64,000 nt of DNA. Source: Ilumatobacteraceae bacterium. GTDB taxonomy: Bacteria; Actinomycetota; Acidimicrobiia; Acidimicrobiales; Ilumatobacteraceae. Position 1 is the stretch's first letter, and each line of letters starts with the position of its first letter. This document shows, piece after piece, positions 8,261 through 16,675 of the stretch. The notes beneath the pieces are model-generated. The model was not told the DNA's origin and ran no database searches. It worked only from the letters and a program-made list of their open reading frames with translations. The DNA lies in assembly GCA_041685755.1 (NCBI GenBank), contig JAWLFC010000003.1:26-64025 (forward strand), in the 5' to 3' direction. The position numbers and the translations under genes were made by a program.

Positions 8261-9438
8261 GACGCGAACCCCTCGACGAGCCGCTCGACGGCGGCATCGA
8301 TCACCTCGAGGCGCTTGCAGCAGGCGAAGCGCACGAGGTGGCGACCGTGTTCCGGGTGGGCGTAGAACACCTCGTTCGGCACGGCGACGACGCCGCAACG
8401 CTGCGGCAGCGAGCGGCAGAACGCCATCCCGTCGCCCGACGCCTCGACGGAACGGATGTCGACGGTCGTGAAGTAGGTCGCCTCGGGCTCGTGGGCGGTG
8501 AAGCCGGCGGCGCGCAGGCCGGCGACGAGATGATCGCGAGCGGTCTGCAGCTCGGCGGAGAGCCCGGCGAAGTAGGCGTCGGGCAGACCGAGCCCGACCG
8601 CCATCGCCGGCTGGAACGGCGCTCCGTTGACATAGGTGAGGAACTGCTTCGCTGTCCGCGCCGCCGCCACGAGCTGCTCCGGCCCGGTCATCCAGCCGAT
8701 CTTCCAGCCGGTGGTGTGGAATGTCTTGCCGCCCGACGAGATCGTCAGGGTCCGCTCGGCCATTCCGGGCAGCGTCGCGATCGGGACGTGCGCACGCCCG
8801 TCGAACAGCAGGTGCTCGTACACCTCGTCGGTCACGACGATCAGGTCACGTTCGATCGCGACCTCGGCGATCAGTGCCAGTTCCTCCGCGGTGAACACCT
8901 TGCCGGTCGGGTTGTGGGGGGTGTTGAGCAGGACGAGCTTGGTGCGCTCGGTGACCGCCGACCGGAACTCGTCGGGGTCGAACACGTAGCGGCCGTCGGT
9001 GTCGGGCCGCAGCAACACCGGCTTCGCTCGGGCCCCGGCGAGGGCGATGCCCGCCTGGTAGCTGTCGTACATCGGCTCGAACAGCACCACCTCGTCGCCG
9101 GCGTCGAGCATGCCGAGCAGGGCGCCGGCCAATGCCTCGGTGGCACCGGCGGTCACGACGACCTGCGTCGCCGGGTCGAGTTCGTCGCCGTAGAAGCGGC
9201 GCTGGTGATCGGCGATCGCCTGACGCAGCTCGGGCGCTCCCAGGCCGGGTGGGTACTGGTTGACACCGTGGCGGATCGCGTCGACGGCGGCATCGAGCAC
9301 CTCGGATGGGCCGTCGGTGTCGGGAAAGCCCTGGCCCAGGTTGATCGCTCCGGTCTCGACGGCCAGCGCCGACATCTCGGCGAAGATGGTCGTGCCGAAT
9401 CCGACCAACCGGCTGCTGAGAGCGTTGCGCGGTGACAC
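8257..9438 (-). CDS. class I PLP aminotransferase (YbdL / glutamine-transaminase-K-like)
   Basis: 393 aa. Motifs INLGQGFPD, TPHNPTGKVF and SSGGKTFHTTGWKIGW (PLP Lys). Confidence 0.9.
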   Translation of the reverse strand: MSPRNALSSRLVGFGTTIFAEMSALAVETGAINLGQGFPDTDGPSEVLDAAVDAIRHGVNQYPPGLGAPELRQAIADHQRRFYGDELDPATQVVVTAGATEALAGALLGMLDAGDEVVLFEPMYDSYQAGIALAGARAKPVLLRPDTDGRYVFDPDEFRSAVTERTKLVLLNTPHNPTGKVFTAEELALIAEVAIERDLIVVTDEVYEHLLFDGRAHVPIATLPGMAERTLTISSGGKTFHTTGWKIGWMTGPEQLVAAARTAKQFLTYVNGAPFQPAMAVGLGLPDAYFAGLSAELQTARDHLVAGLRAAGFTAHEPEATYFTTVDIRSVEASGDGMAFCRSLPQRCGVVAVPNEVFYAHPEHGRHLVRFACCKRLEVIDAAVERLVEGFAS

Positions 9439-9473
9439 CCGGGGCAGCTTACGCAGTGAACGTCGCAGCCTCG

Positions 9474-10802
9474 TCAGACGGTCTCGGTCCTCCCGGCGGT
9501 CCGGCGGCGCCGGTCGGGCCCGGAGTACCCCGACCGGCCGCCCACATCGTCGTGTGCGCCCCCGAGTGGATCGGCCAGACGGTGCGTGACACCGGTGGTC
9601 TTGGCTTCGTACATCGCCTCGTCGGCGGCGCGGATCAGCTCGTCGAGTGTCTCACCGTGGCGCGGGAAGAGCGCGGCGCCGATCGCCGCCCCGATCGACA
9701 CGTCACCGGCGATCGGCGTGCCGCCGAGTTGGCCGCCGATGCGTTCGGCACTGCTGCGCACGGCGGACGCGTCCTGGATGCCGGGAAGCAGGATGACGAA
9801 CTCGTCGCCGCCCCACCGGCCGACGACGTCGGTGTCGCGCACTGCATCGCGCAGGCGCTTGGCGGCCGCTCGCAGCACGAGGTCGCCGAACTGGTGACCG
9901 AGGGTGTCGTTGATCTGCTTGAACCCGTTGAGGTCGATCAGCATGACGCACACCCCGGTGTTGAACCGCTCGGCGGCGAGCAGCTCCTCCTCGGTCAGGT
10001 GTTCGAACTCGCGCCGGTTCGGCAGGCCGGTGAGGTCGTCGGTGGTCGCCCGCCGTTCGAGGATGCGACGGTCGAGCAGGAACGTCCAGCCGGCGAGCGC
10101 CATCAGGATCGTGCCGAGGAAGAGCAGCAGGCCGTACGCGGCCAGCCCGCCGTCGGCGATGCCGGCGTCGTCGGAGACACTCACCGTGACGCGGACCGAG
10201 CCGCCGTCGCCGCCGAGGGGGAGGGTGTCGACCACCACGAGGCGGCCGTCGTTCGCCTGGGGACCGGCGCGACTGGTGCCTCCCTCGCCGACCACCTCCG
10301 AGGACAGTTCGACCGTGACCGTCGCATCGTTGCGGCGGGCGGCGTCGACGACGAACGTTCCGACGAGTTCCGATGCCGGAATCCGCAGTGCCGGCGTGAC
10401 GTCGCCGCGAGAGGCGACGAGGACGGAATCGGTGGAGTGGTCGACGACGACGGCAGGTCCCGAGCGGTCGACGCTGGCCGCGACGACCTCGCCGAAGGCC
10501 GTGCTGGTGCCGAGATCGGGGCCGTTGCAACGCGCTTCGCCACCGTCGAAGATGCAGGCGTCGGATCCGTCACCGAAGGACCGGGCCATCGAACCCGGGT
10601 CGGTGTCGGCAGCTGCCGCCTCGACCACCGCGAGCGCGCGCACGATGGTGGCCTCGACGGCCTGGTCGGCCAGCAGCACCGTGGCCACGACGCGCGCCTG
10701 CTGCTCGGCACTGCGCTCGGCGCGCTGGTTGACCATCGAGACCGTCGTCGCGACGAGCAGCACCACGCTGCCCACGAGCGCGCCGAGCCTGATGAGTCTC
10801 AT
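9474..10802 (-). CDS. diguanylate cyclase (GGDEF domain) with N-terminal TM-flanked extracytoplasmic region
   Basis: Motifs LTGLPNRREF and RWGGDEFVILL. Start set to ATG 10802 (MRLIRLGALVGSVVLLV, TM helix), because the longer ORF 9474..10982 would run through a hairpin into tRNA-Arg. Confidence 0.85.
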   Translation of the reverse strand: MRLIRLGALVGSVVLLVATTVSMVNQRAERSAEQQARVVATVLLADQAVEATIVRALAVVEAAAADTDPGSMARSFGDGSDACIFDGGEARCNGPDLGTSTAFGEVVAASVDRSGPAVVVDHSTDSVLVASRGDVTPALRIPASELVGTFVVDAARRNDATVTVELSSEVVGEGGTSRAGPQANDGRLVVVDTLPLGGDGGSVRVTVSVSDDAGIADGGLAAYGLLLFLGTILMALAGWTFLLDRRILERRATTDDLTGLPNRREFEHLTEEELLAAERFNTGVCVMLIDLNGFKQINDTLGHQFGDLVLRAAAKRLRDAVRDTDVVGRWGGDEFVILLPGIQDASAVRSSAERIGGQLGGTPIAGDVSIGAAIGAALFPRHGETLDELIRAADEAMYEAKTTGVTHRLADPLGGAHDDVGGRSGYSGPDRRRRTAGRTETV

Positions 10803-10894
10803 GAGCGAGCATCGGCTGATCGGCCGCTCGAGTTGAGGAAAACCTGAGAGTGCACGCCTCGACCGTTCCCGCGTCGTGGGCGAACAGTCCGGAC

Positions 10895-10932
10895 GCGAAT
10901 GGGGCGGCACCTGGAGGTGCCGCCCCATTCGC
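10895..10932 (-). terminator. 17-bp perfect-stem hairpin immediately 3' of tRNA-Arg
   Basis: GCGAATGGGGCGGCACC-TGGA-GGTGCCGCCCCATTCGC, 1 nt from the tRNA 3' end. No U-tract follows. Confidence 0.5.
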
Positions 10933-10933
10933 C

Positions 10934-11009
10934 TGGCGCGCTCGGAGAGAGTCGAACTCCCAACCGCTTGATCCGTAGTCAAGTGCTCTATCCATTGAGC
11001 TACGAGCGC
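10934..11009 (-). tRNA. tRNA-Arg (anticodon ACG)
   Basis: Hand-folded cloverleaf of the reverse complement: acceptor GCGCTCG/CGAGCGC, D arm GCTC-AATGGATA-GAGC, anticodon arm CTTGA-CTACGGA-TCAAG, T arm GGGAG-TTCGACT-CTCTC. CCA is encoded. 76 nt. Confidence 0.95.
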
Positions 11010-11072
11010 TGGTTGTTTGCGGCCGACAGTGTAGAGGCGATCACGGCGTGTTGCCGACCCCGATCGCGCGTC

Positions 11073-12665
11073 TCAGCCGCCCCAGGGGCCCCAACCGCCC
11101 GCACGCTGGTACAGCACGAGGGCCGCGCGCGCGTTGACCGTCGGGTCGTAGAGCTGTTCGGCGGAGGTGACACCCATGTCGGCGAGCCATCCCTGGTGGA
11201 CGCTCCAGTAGATCTGGAACACGCCGTAGCAACAGAAGTTCTTGGCGGTCGGAATGTAGTTGCTCTCGCGCCAGGCGACCTGCAGGGCGCGCTCTTCGAG
11301 CTCGTCGGGCCACACGGCCCGGATGATCGCCTGGACCTCGGCGGCACTGGCGTTCGACGCCGGCGGAGGCGGAGGCGGGGGCGGTGACGTCGTGGGCGGT
11401 GCCGTCGTGGTCGGCGACGGCGTCGGCGGTCGAGTCGGCGTCGGCGCCGGCGCCGGGGTGGAGGGGGCCCGATCGGTGTCGGCGGTGGGCGTCGGCGCCG
11501 GCGGAGGGGAGGGTGTCGTCGCTCCGGCGGGCAGGCAGATCGTCGAGCCCGGGAACAGTGGGGTCGAGACCGTGGCGTCGTTGGCAGCGAGGAGGTCGGC
11601 GAGCGCAACGCCCGATCCGTCGGCGATGCGGATCCAGAAGTCGCCGCCGGCGATCTCGTACTCGAGCGCACACGTGTCGACCGTCAGCTGCTCGGTCGGC
11701 GCGACGACCGCGGCCGCGGTCGACGTCGCGGCCGGGGCAGCAGTCGTCGTGGCTGCGGTGGTCGGCTGGGCCGTGCTCGGCTCGGCGGCCGCAGGTGGGG
11801 CGGCAGCAGCGACGACATCGGGCTCCACGACGGTCTCGGAGGTGTCGGCGGCGCTCGACGCTGCGGGCGGCTCGATCGGCACGTCGGCGTCTGACGCCGC
11901 GGGCGGAGACGGCGCGGTTCGCAGGGCATCGTCGTCGTCGGAGCCGGACGCGAAGCCGAGCACGACCGGTACGAGCAGCGTGACGATCACCGCGAGTCCA
12001 CCCAGCCGGGCGAGCAGTGGGTCGACGCCACCGCGCGGGGGCGCAACGGGAGCGTCCCAGCCGTCGTCCTGATCGTCCTGGTCGACGTCAGGGCCGACAG
12101 GTCGTTCACTGCGACGAACGAGCGGGTCGTCACCCGACGACCAGTCGTCCAGTTCGTGCTCGCGCACCCAGTCGGCGCTCGACCACTCGCCGGGATCCCG
12201 GTCGACCTGTTCCCGCGTCAGGGGCGCAGGGCCGACGTCGGGAGCGCTCGACCGATCGGAGCGTTCGGTGAAGGCGGCGTCGAGCCAGTCGTCCAGTCCG
12301 AGTTCGTCGGTGTCGTCACCGGGAGTGGTGACGCCGGTCGCCGCCGCGGGAGCGCGGTGCGATCTCGTCGCCGGGACCGCACCGGTCGTGTTCCACCAGC
12401 GGCGAACCGCGGAGCCGAGGCCGTGCGATTCCTCGGGGAGACCCGAGTCGACCACGGGCTGCTCGGTGGTCGGCCAATCCGCTCCTGGGCCCCAGAACTC
12501 CCTCGTGACGTCGTCGACCGGGTCGAGTTCGCGCGCTCGCCGGCGGTCGGGGTGGTGGGAAGGAGTCGTCATCGTCGGTCTCCGGTCGGCGCCCAGCTCG
12601 TCGCTCGGCGTCGACGTGCCACCGATCGGTGGCGTCGTCGGGCTTCGTTCTATCCCAGTCGTCAC
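11073..12665 (-). CDS. membrane-anchored LysM plus SLT-like lytic transglycosylase domain protein with Pro/Ala/Thr-rich linkers
   Basis: TM helix LLARLGGLAVIVTLLVPVVLGF. LysM-like segment YEIAGGDFWIRIADGSGVALADLLAANDA. C-terminal WRESNYIPTAKN..YGVFQIYW (catalytic Glu-Ser context of SLT domains). Start uncertain. Confidence 0.75.
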   Translation of the reverse strand: MTTGIERSPTTPPIGGTSTPSDELGADRRPTMTTPSHHPDRRRARELDPVDDVTREFWGPGADWPTTEQPVVDSGLPEESHGLGSAVRRWWNTTGAVPATRSHRAPAAATGVTTPGDDTDELGLDDWLDAAFTERSDRSSAPDVGPAPLTREQVDRDPGEWSSADWVREHELDDWSSGDDPLVRRSERPVGPDVDQDDQDDGWDAPVAPPRGGVDPLLARLGGLAVIVTLLVPVVLGFASGSDDDDALRTAPSPPAASDADVPIEPPAASSAADTSETVVEPDVVAAAAPPAAAEPSTAQPTTAATTTAAPAATSTAAAVVAPTEQLTVDTCALEYEIAGGDFWIRIADGSGVALADLLAANDATVSTPLFPGSTICLPAGATTPSPPPAPTPTADTDRAPSTPAPAPTPTRPPTPSPTTTAPPTTSPPPPPPPPASNASAAEVQAIIRAVWPDELEERALQVAWRESNYIPTAKNFCCYGVFQIYWSVHQGWLADMGVTSAEQLYDPTVNARAALVLYQRAGGWGPWGG

Positions 12666-12786
12666 GAAACCGCAACACGAGCGTCACGCGAACGACATCA
12701 CTGTCATTTGGACCGGCCTCACGCGGCACTCGGCGGCACCAGCGAAAAGGACGACGACCGACGCGCTCACGGGAGCACGTCGGTCG

Positions 12787-12878
12787 TGGCGGAGAGGGTG
12801 GGATTTGAACCCACGGACCGCGTTACCACGATCAACGCCTTAGCAGGGCGCCCCATTCGGCCGCTCTGGCACCTCTCC
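12787..12878 (-). tRNA. tRNA-Ser (anticodon GCU)
   Basis: Reverse complement folds with acceptor GGAGAGG/CCTCTCC, anticodon loop CTGCTAA, a long variable arm and T loop TTCAAAT. CCA is encoded. 92 nt. Confidence 0.95.
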
Positions 12879-12915
12879 TGGGAGCCCCGGAGTGTAGCCC
12901 GGTAACGTCAGGACC

Positions 12916-13000
12916 GGAACGGTGGCAGAGCGGACGAATGCAGCCGCCTTGAAAGCGGCCGACCTTCACGGGTCCGGGGGTTCGAATCCCTCCCGTTCCG
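12916..13000 (+). tRNA. tRNA-Ser (anticodon UGA)
   Basis: Acceptor GGAACGG/CCGTTCC, anticodon arm GCCGC-CTTGAAA-GCGGC, long variable arm, T arm GGGGG-TTCGAAT-CCCTC. CCA is not encoded. 85 nt. Confidence 0.9.
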
Positions 13001-13066
13001 CTGGTGGGCTCGACGGCGACTCCGTAGCGAGTCCGTCGTCGGGGCTCCCGCTTCCCGACAGCCCCC

Positions 13067-13909
13067 TCACGTCTTCTCGAATGCGAAGATTCCCCACGTC
13101 AGGAGTCCGTCGCGTCCGCCGTCGACCCAGTGCGACAGGCCTGACTTCATCCGCTGGAGATAGTCGTCACTCATCCCCTTCTCGCGGAGGCTGTCTGCGT
13201 TCTCGACCAGCACCTCTCGGACCCGGGCGTAGTGGCGCGACAGTTGTTCGGGTTGTTCCTCGAAGGCGATCTCGCGCATGCCGCACGCGACAAGTGCATC
13301 TCGGTAGAAGCTCGGCGAGGCGAGAGAACCGAGCTGAAGCCGGTCGTAGATCGCCTGCAGGGAATCCGGCGAAGCGTCGTCGGCCTGCATCGGATCGGTG
13401 AACACGAACCGACCACCTGGCTTCAGGACGCGCGCGGCTTCCCGGCACACCTGCTCGCGGGCATCGGTGTGCAGAAGGGCTTCCTGCGACCAAGCGACGT
13501 CGAAACTGGCGTCGGGGAAGTCCAACGAAGCGAAGTCGCCCTCGACGACATCGATGCGATCATCCAGCCCTGCCTCGCGGTTCATCTGACGATCGCGATC
13601 GTTCTGCACGTCGCTCAAGTTCAGCGCAACACAGTGCGAGCCGAACTCCCGGGCGATGTGGCGCATGGATCCGCCGTAGCCCGCGCCGAGATCGATCACT
13701 CGACTCTGCGGGGTCAGCGTGCCGGCCAGCTCCGCCATTCGCGCCACGGTTCGCCGGCTGGCCGCAGCGACCGATTCGGTTTCGGAGTGGTACAGGCCGA
13801 CGTGGATGTCGTCGCCGCCCCACACCTCTCGATAGAAGAGGTCCGCATCGGCGCTGTTGTAGTACTCACGCGCGATCTGGACAGCTTCGGAATCTCGACG
13901 ATCACGCAT
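13067..13909 (-). CDS. SAM-dependent N-methyltransferase resembling sarcosine/dimethylglycine N-methyltransferase (glycine betaine synthesis)
   Basis: 280 aa. N-terminal YYNSADADLFYREVWGGDDIHVGLY, SAM motif VIDLGAGYGGS, VLKPGGRFVFTDPM and C-terminal LTWGIFAF. From memory, this pattern matches halophile SDMT/DMT enzymes. Confidence 0.75.
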   Translation of the reverse strand: MRDRRDSEAVQIAREYYNSADADLFYREVWGGDDIHVGLYHSETESVAAASRRTVARMAELAGTLTPQSRVIDLGAGYGGSMRHIAREFGSHCVALNLSDVQNDRDRQMNREAGLDDRIDVVEGDFASLDFPDASFDVAWSQEALLHTDAREQVCREAARVLKPGGRFVFTDPMQADDASPDSLQAIYDRLQLGSLASPSFYRDALVACGMREIAFEEQPEQLSRHYARVREVLVENADSLREKGMSDDYLQRMKSGLSHWVDGGRDGLLTWGIFAFEKT

Positions 13910-13953
13910 CGAGGTGGGTCCGGCTGCGGTGGTGGTGTCCGAGCATGACGATC

Positions 13954-15600
13954 TCAGCCCTCGGACTTCGGCGACGAGTCCAGGAGCGAGGGCTCGTAGT
14001 CGGCCGGGATCTCCAGGTCGAGCAACTGCAGGATCGTCGCTGCGACGTTCGCGAGCCCGGCGGTGGGCAGATCGTCGCGGAGTCGAACCGAGGAATCGGC
14101 GTAGTCGTGCACGGCGAACATCACCGGGTTGAGTGAGTGCGCCGTCCGCAGCTCGGGTTCACCGGCGTCGCTCATCAGCGGCTCCCCCTCGCTGTTGCGC
14201 TCGACCTTGTCGTCGGCGTTGCCGTGATCGGCGGTGACGAGCAGACATCCCGACGCCGCGGCGACGGCCTCGGCGAGCCGGCCGATGCCCAGGTCGACGC
14301 TCTCGACGGCGATGCGAGTGGCGGCGAGATCGGCGGTGTGGCCGACCATGTCTCCACCGGCGAAGTTCATCCTGATGAAGCCGTACTCGCCGGAGCGCAC
14401 CGCCTCGATCGCGGCGTCGGCGGTCTCGGCGGACTTCATCCAGGGTCGCTCGTTGAACGGCACCAGGTCGGACGGGATCTCGACGTAGGTCTCCAACTGC
14501 TGGTCGAACTTGCTGGAGCGGTTGCCGTTCCAGAAGTAGGTGATGTGGCCGAACTTCTGCGTCTCCGCCCCGGCCCACTGGGCGACACCGGCCGACGCGA
14601 TGATCTCGCTGACCGTCGTGTCGACCGACTCGGGGCCGACCAGATACGACCCCGGGGTGTTCGTGTCACCGTCGTACAGCGCCATCCCCGCGAAGTACAC
14701 GTCGGGAACGCGCTGCCGGTCGAACTCGTCGAACTCCGGTCCCGCCTCGAACGCCTGCGACAACTCGATCGCCCGGTCGCCGCGGAAGTTGAAGATGACC
14801 ACGGCATCACCGTCGACGATCGAGCCGACCGGTTGCTGCGACTCGTCGACCACCGTGAACGCGGGGAGCAGCTGATCGCTGCGTACACCGGTCGACCGAC
14901 CCCACTCGACACCCGAGCGCAGGTCGGGCACCGGGTGCGCCGTGCCGAGGACGTGGGAGCGCCAGCCCGCCTCGACGACGCTCCAATCGGCTCCGTAGCG
15001 GTCCATGGTCGTGACCATTCGCCCGCCACCCGACGCGAACCGGATGTCGAGGTCGGGGTACTTCGCGAACTCCTCCTCGGTCCGTGCGATGTAGCGCTCG
15101 GCGGAGGGATCGGGCACATCGCGCCCGTCGAAGAGCGCGTGGACCCTGATCGTCGAGATCCCGTCCTCGGCCGCCTGGCGGAAGATCTCGAACAGGTGGC
15201 TGATGTTGGAGTGGACGTTGCCGTCCGACAGCAGACCGATCAGGTGGAGTGTTCCCCCGTCACCGCCGCAGCGGTCGACGATCTGCTGCCATGCGTCGGA
15301 CTTCCAGATCGAACCGGAGGCGACGGCATTGTCGATCCGCTTCGCCCCTTGATCGAAGATGCGTCCTGCACCGAGGATGTTGTGTCCGACCTCGGAGTTG
15401 CCCATGTCCGCATCCGAGGGGAGCCCCACAGCGGTTCCGTGTGCCTCGAGCGTTCGGCACGACCCCGACGCCAGCCGGTCCAGGTTCGGTGTGTGCGCAC
15501 GTGCGACCAGATCGAAGGCGTCGCCCTTGCCGACGCCGATGCCGTCCATCACGACGAGCACGAGTGGACGATCGCGGCCCAACTGAGTTGCGGAGCTCAT
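13954..15600 (-). CDS. gpmI: 2,3-bisphosphoglycerate-independent phosphoglycerate mutase
   Basis: Motifs LVVMDGIGVG, GNSEVGHNILGAGR and TADHGNAD. Start set to ATG 15600 (MSSATQLG...). Confidence 0.9.
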   Translation of the reverse strand: MSSATQLGRDRPLVLVVMDGIGVGKGDAFDLVARAHTPNLDRLASGSCRTLEAHGTAVGLPSDADMGNSEVGHNILGAGRIFDQGAKRIDNAVASGSIWKSDAWQQIVDRCGGDGGTLHLIGLLSDGNVHSNISHLFEIFRQAAEDGISTIRVHALFDGRDVPDPSAERYIARTEEEFAKYPDLDIRFASGGGRMVTTMDRYGADWSVVEAGWRSHVLGTAHPVPDLRSGVEWGRSTGVRSDQLLPAFTVVDESQQPVGSIVDGDAVVIFNFRGDRAIELSQAFEAGPEFDEFDRQRVPDVYFAGMALYDGDTNTPGSYLVGPESVDTTVSEIIASAGVAQWAGAETQKFGHITYFWNGNRSSKFDQQLETYVEIPSDLVPFNERPWMKSAETADAAIEAVRSGEYGFIRMNFAGGDMVGHTADLAATRIAVESVDLGIGRLAEAVAAASGCLLVTADHGNADDKVERNSEGEPLMSDAGEPELRTAHSLNPVMFAVHDYADSSVRLRDDLPTAGLANVAATILQLLDLEIPADYEPSLLDSSPKSEG

Positions 15601-15744
15601 GGCAATTCTCGATTCCTCGCAGATGTGCGACCGTTGCGTGAGCGGCGGCCGGCCCGTGACGTGCATCAGTCTACGGACACGTCGGCGAGCTGATCGGCCG
15701 TCCCGCCGAGGCGACCCCGGCAGCGGCGGATGCGCTGCAGCTGG

Positions 15745-16167
15745 TCAGCCGCAACAGCCGGCCGACGAGCCGGTGCTGGCGGACACGACGGTGTTGAGGA
15801 GCTGCTCGGCGTCGCCACGCTTGACGTACCACTCCCAGCGGTTGCCGTCGGGGGCGTGCACCCAGGTCTCGGTCTTCTCCGCATAGCAGCAGATCGTGTC
15901 GTCGACGCCGGTCGTCGCCAGCCCGGAGTCGGCGAGACGGGCCTCGGCGGCCACGACGTCGGCGGCGGTCTCGGTCTCGACACCGAGATGGTTGATCGTC
16001 CCCGGCTCACCGTCGCCTTCGAACAGCACGAGCTTGAGCGGGGGGTTCTCGATCGAGAAGTTGGCGTAGCCGGGCCTGGTCTTGGCCGGTTCGGTACCGA
16101 ACATCTTGCTGTAGAAATCGATCGCCTGATCGAGGTCGTCGACGTTGAGGGCGAGCTGAAGGCGCAT
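15745..16167 (-). CDS. ArsI/CadI family glyoxalase-fold metalloenzyme (candidate C-As lyase)
   Basis: 140 aa from ATG 16167. VOC fold start MRLQLALNVDDLDQAIDFY, HLGVE, and a vicinal Cys pair in DDTICCYAEKTETWV as in ArsI. Divergent from arsR. Confidence 0.8.
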   Translation of the reverse strand: MRLQLALNVDDLDQAIDFYSKMFGTEPAKTRPGYANFSIENPPLKLVLFEGDGEPGTINHLGVETETAADVVAAEARLADSGLATTGVDDTICCYAEKTETWVHAPDGNRWEWYVKRGDAEQLLNTVVSASTGSSAGCCG

Positions 16168-16214
16168 GGCTGATCTCCTGTGGATGATGGGGGGGCTCGA
16201 TCGGAGGGTGATCG

Positions 16215-16238
16215 ACGTTTCGATGTTGATCGATACGT
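16215..16238. promoter_or_regulatory. candidate ArsR operator (10-4-10 imperfect palindrome)
   Basis: ACGTTTCGAT-GTTG-ATCGATACGT, 9 of 10 arm positions complementary. Lies in the 98-bp divergent region between the arsI-like gene and arsR. Confidence 0.35.
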
Positions 16239-16265
16239 TAGCGGAACGCGTCGACATCCGTCAAT

Positions 16266-16622
16266 ATGAAGTTCATGAATACGTCGAGCGCCTCCACCGA
16301 GCCCGAATCCTGCTGTGCGCCGCTGCTGCGAGCTGCGCTCGACGAGGAACAGGCGGTCGACCTGGCCGAGGTACTCAAGGCGCTCGCCGATCCGGTGCGA
16401 CTGCGACTCGTCTCGATCATCGGGACGGCCGAAGCGGGAGAAGTGTGCACCTGCGACCTGCCGGCGCTGGTCGATCGCACGCAACCCACGGTCAGCCATC
16501 ACCTGTCGTTGCTGGTGAAGGCGGGCGTGCTCGAGCGAGAGCAACGCGGCAAGTGGGCGTGGTTCCGCCTCCGCCGGGAGCGGCTGGCCGCCGTCGGTGA
16601 CGCCCTGGTGAACACCGGGTGA
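16266..16622 (+). CDS. arsR: ArsR/SmtB family metalloregulator
   Basis: Motifs LADPVRLRLVSII, VCTCDL (As(III)-site-like CxC) and TVSHHLSLLVKAGVL. Extra N-terminal vicinal Cys pair (ESCCAP). Confidence 0.9.
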   Translation: MKFMNTSSASTEPESCCAPLLRAALDEEQAVDLAEVLKALADPVRLRLVSIIGTAEAGEVCTCDLPALVDRTQPTVSHHLSLLVKAGVLEREQRGKWAWFRLRRERLAAVGDALVNTG

Positions 16623-16675
16623 ATTCGCTCAATTTCTGTTGACTCAATGAGCACTGAGAGTCCAGGCTGTCGTCC

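Noticed and set aside
6879-8297. 472-aa minus-strand ORF, plus the 418-aa plus-strand ORF 7109..8365
   Set aside because: They overlap the GNAT and nitrilase-family genes, which carry clear catalytic motifs. The sequences are Arg/Pro/Gly-rich nonsense.
9474-10982. Full-length 502-aa version of the GGDEF ORF
   Set aside because: It would read through a 17-bp perfect hairpin and into tRNA-Arg (10934-11009). The internal ATG 10802 begins a sensible signal/TM helix.
12666-13066. Integrase or att site marking a mobile island next to the tRNA-Ser genes
   Set aside because: There is no recombinase-like ORF anywhere in the window, and I could not find a direct repeat of the tRNA 3' end by eye. I kept only a low-interest note on the island boundary.
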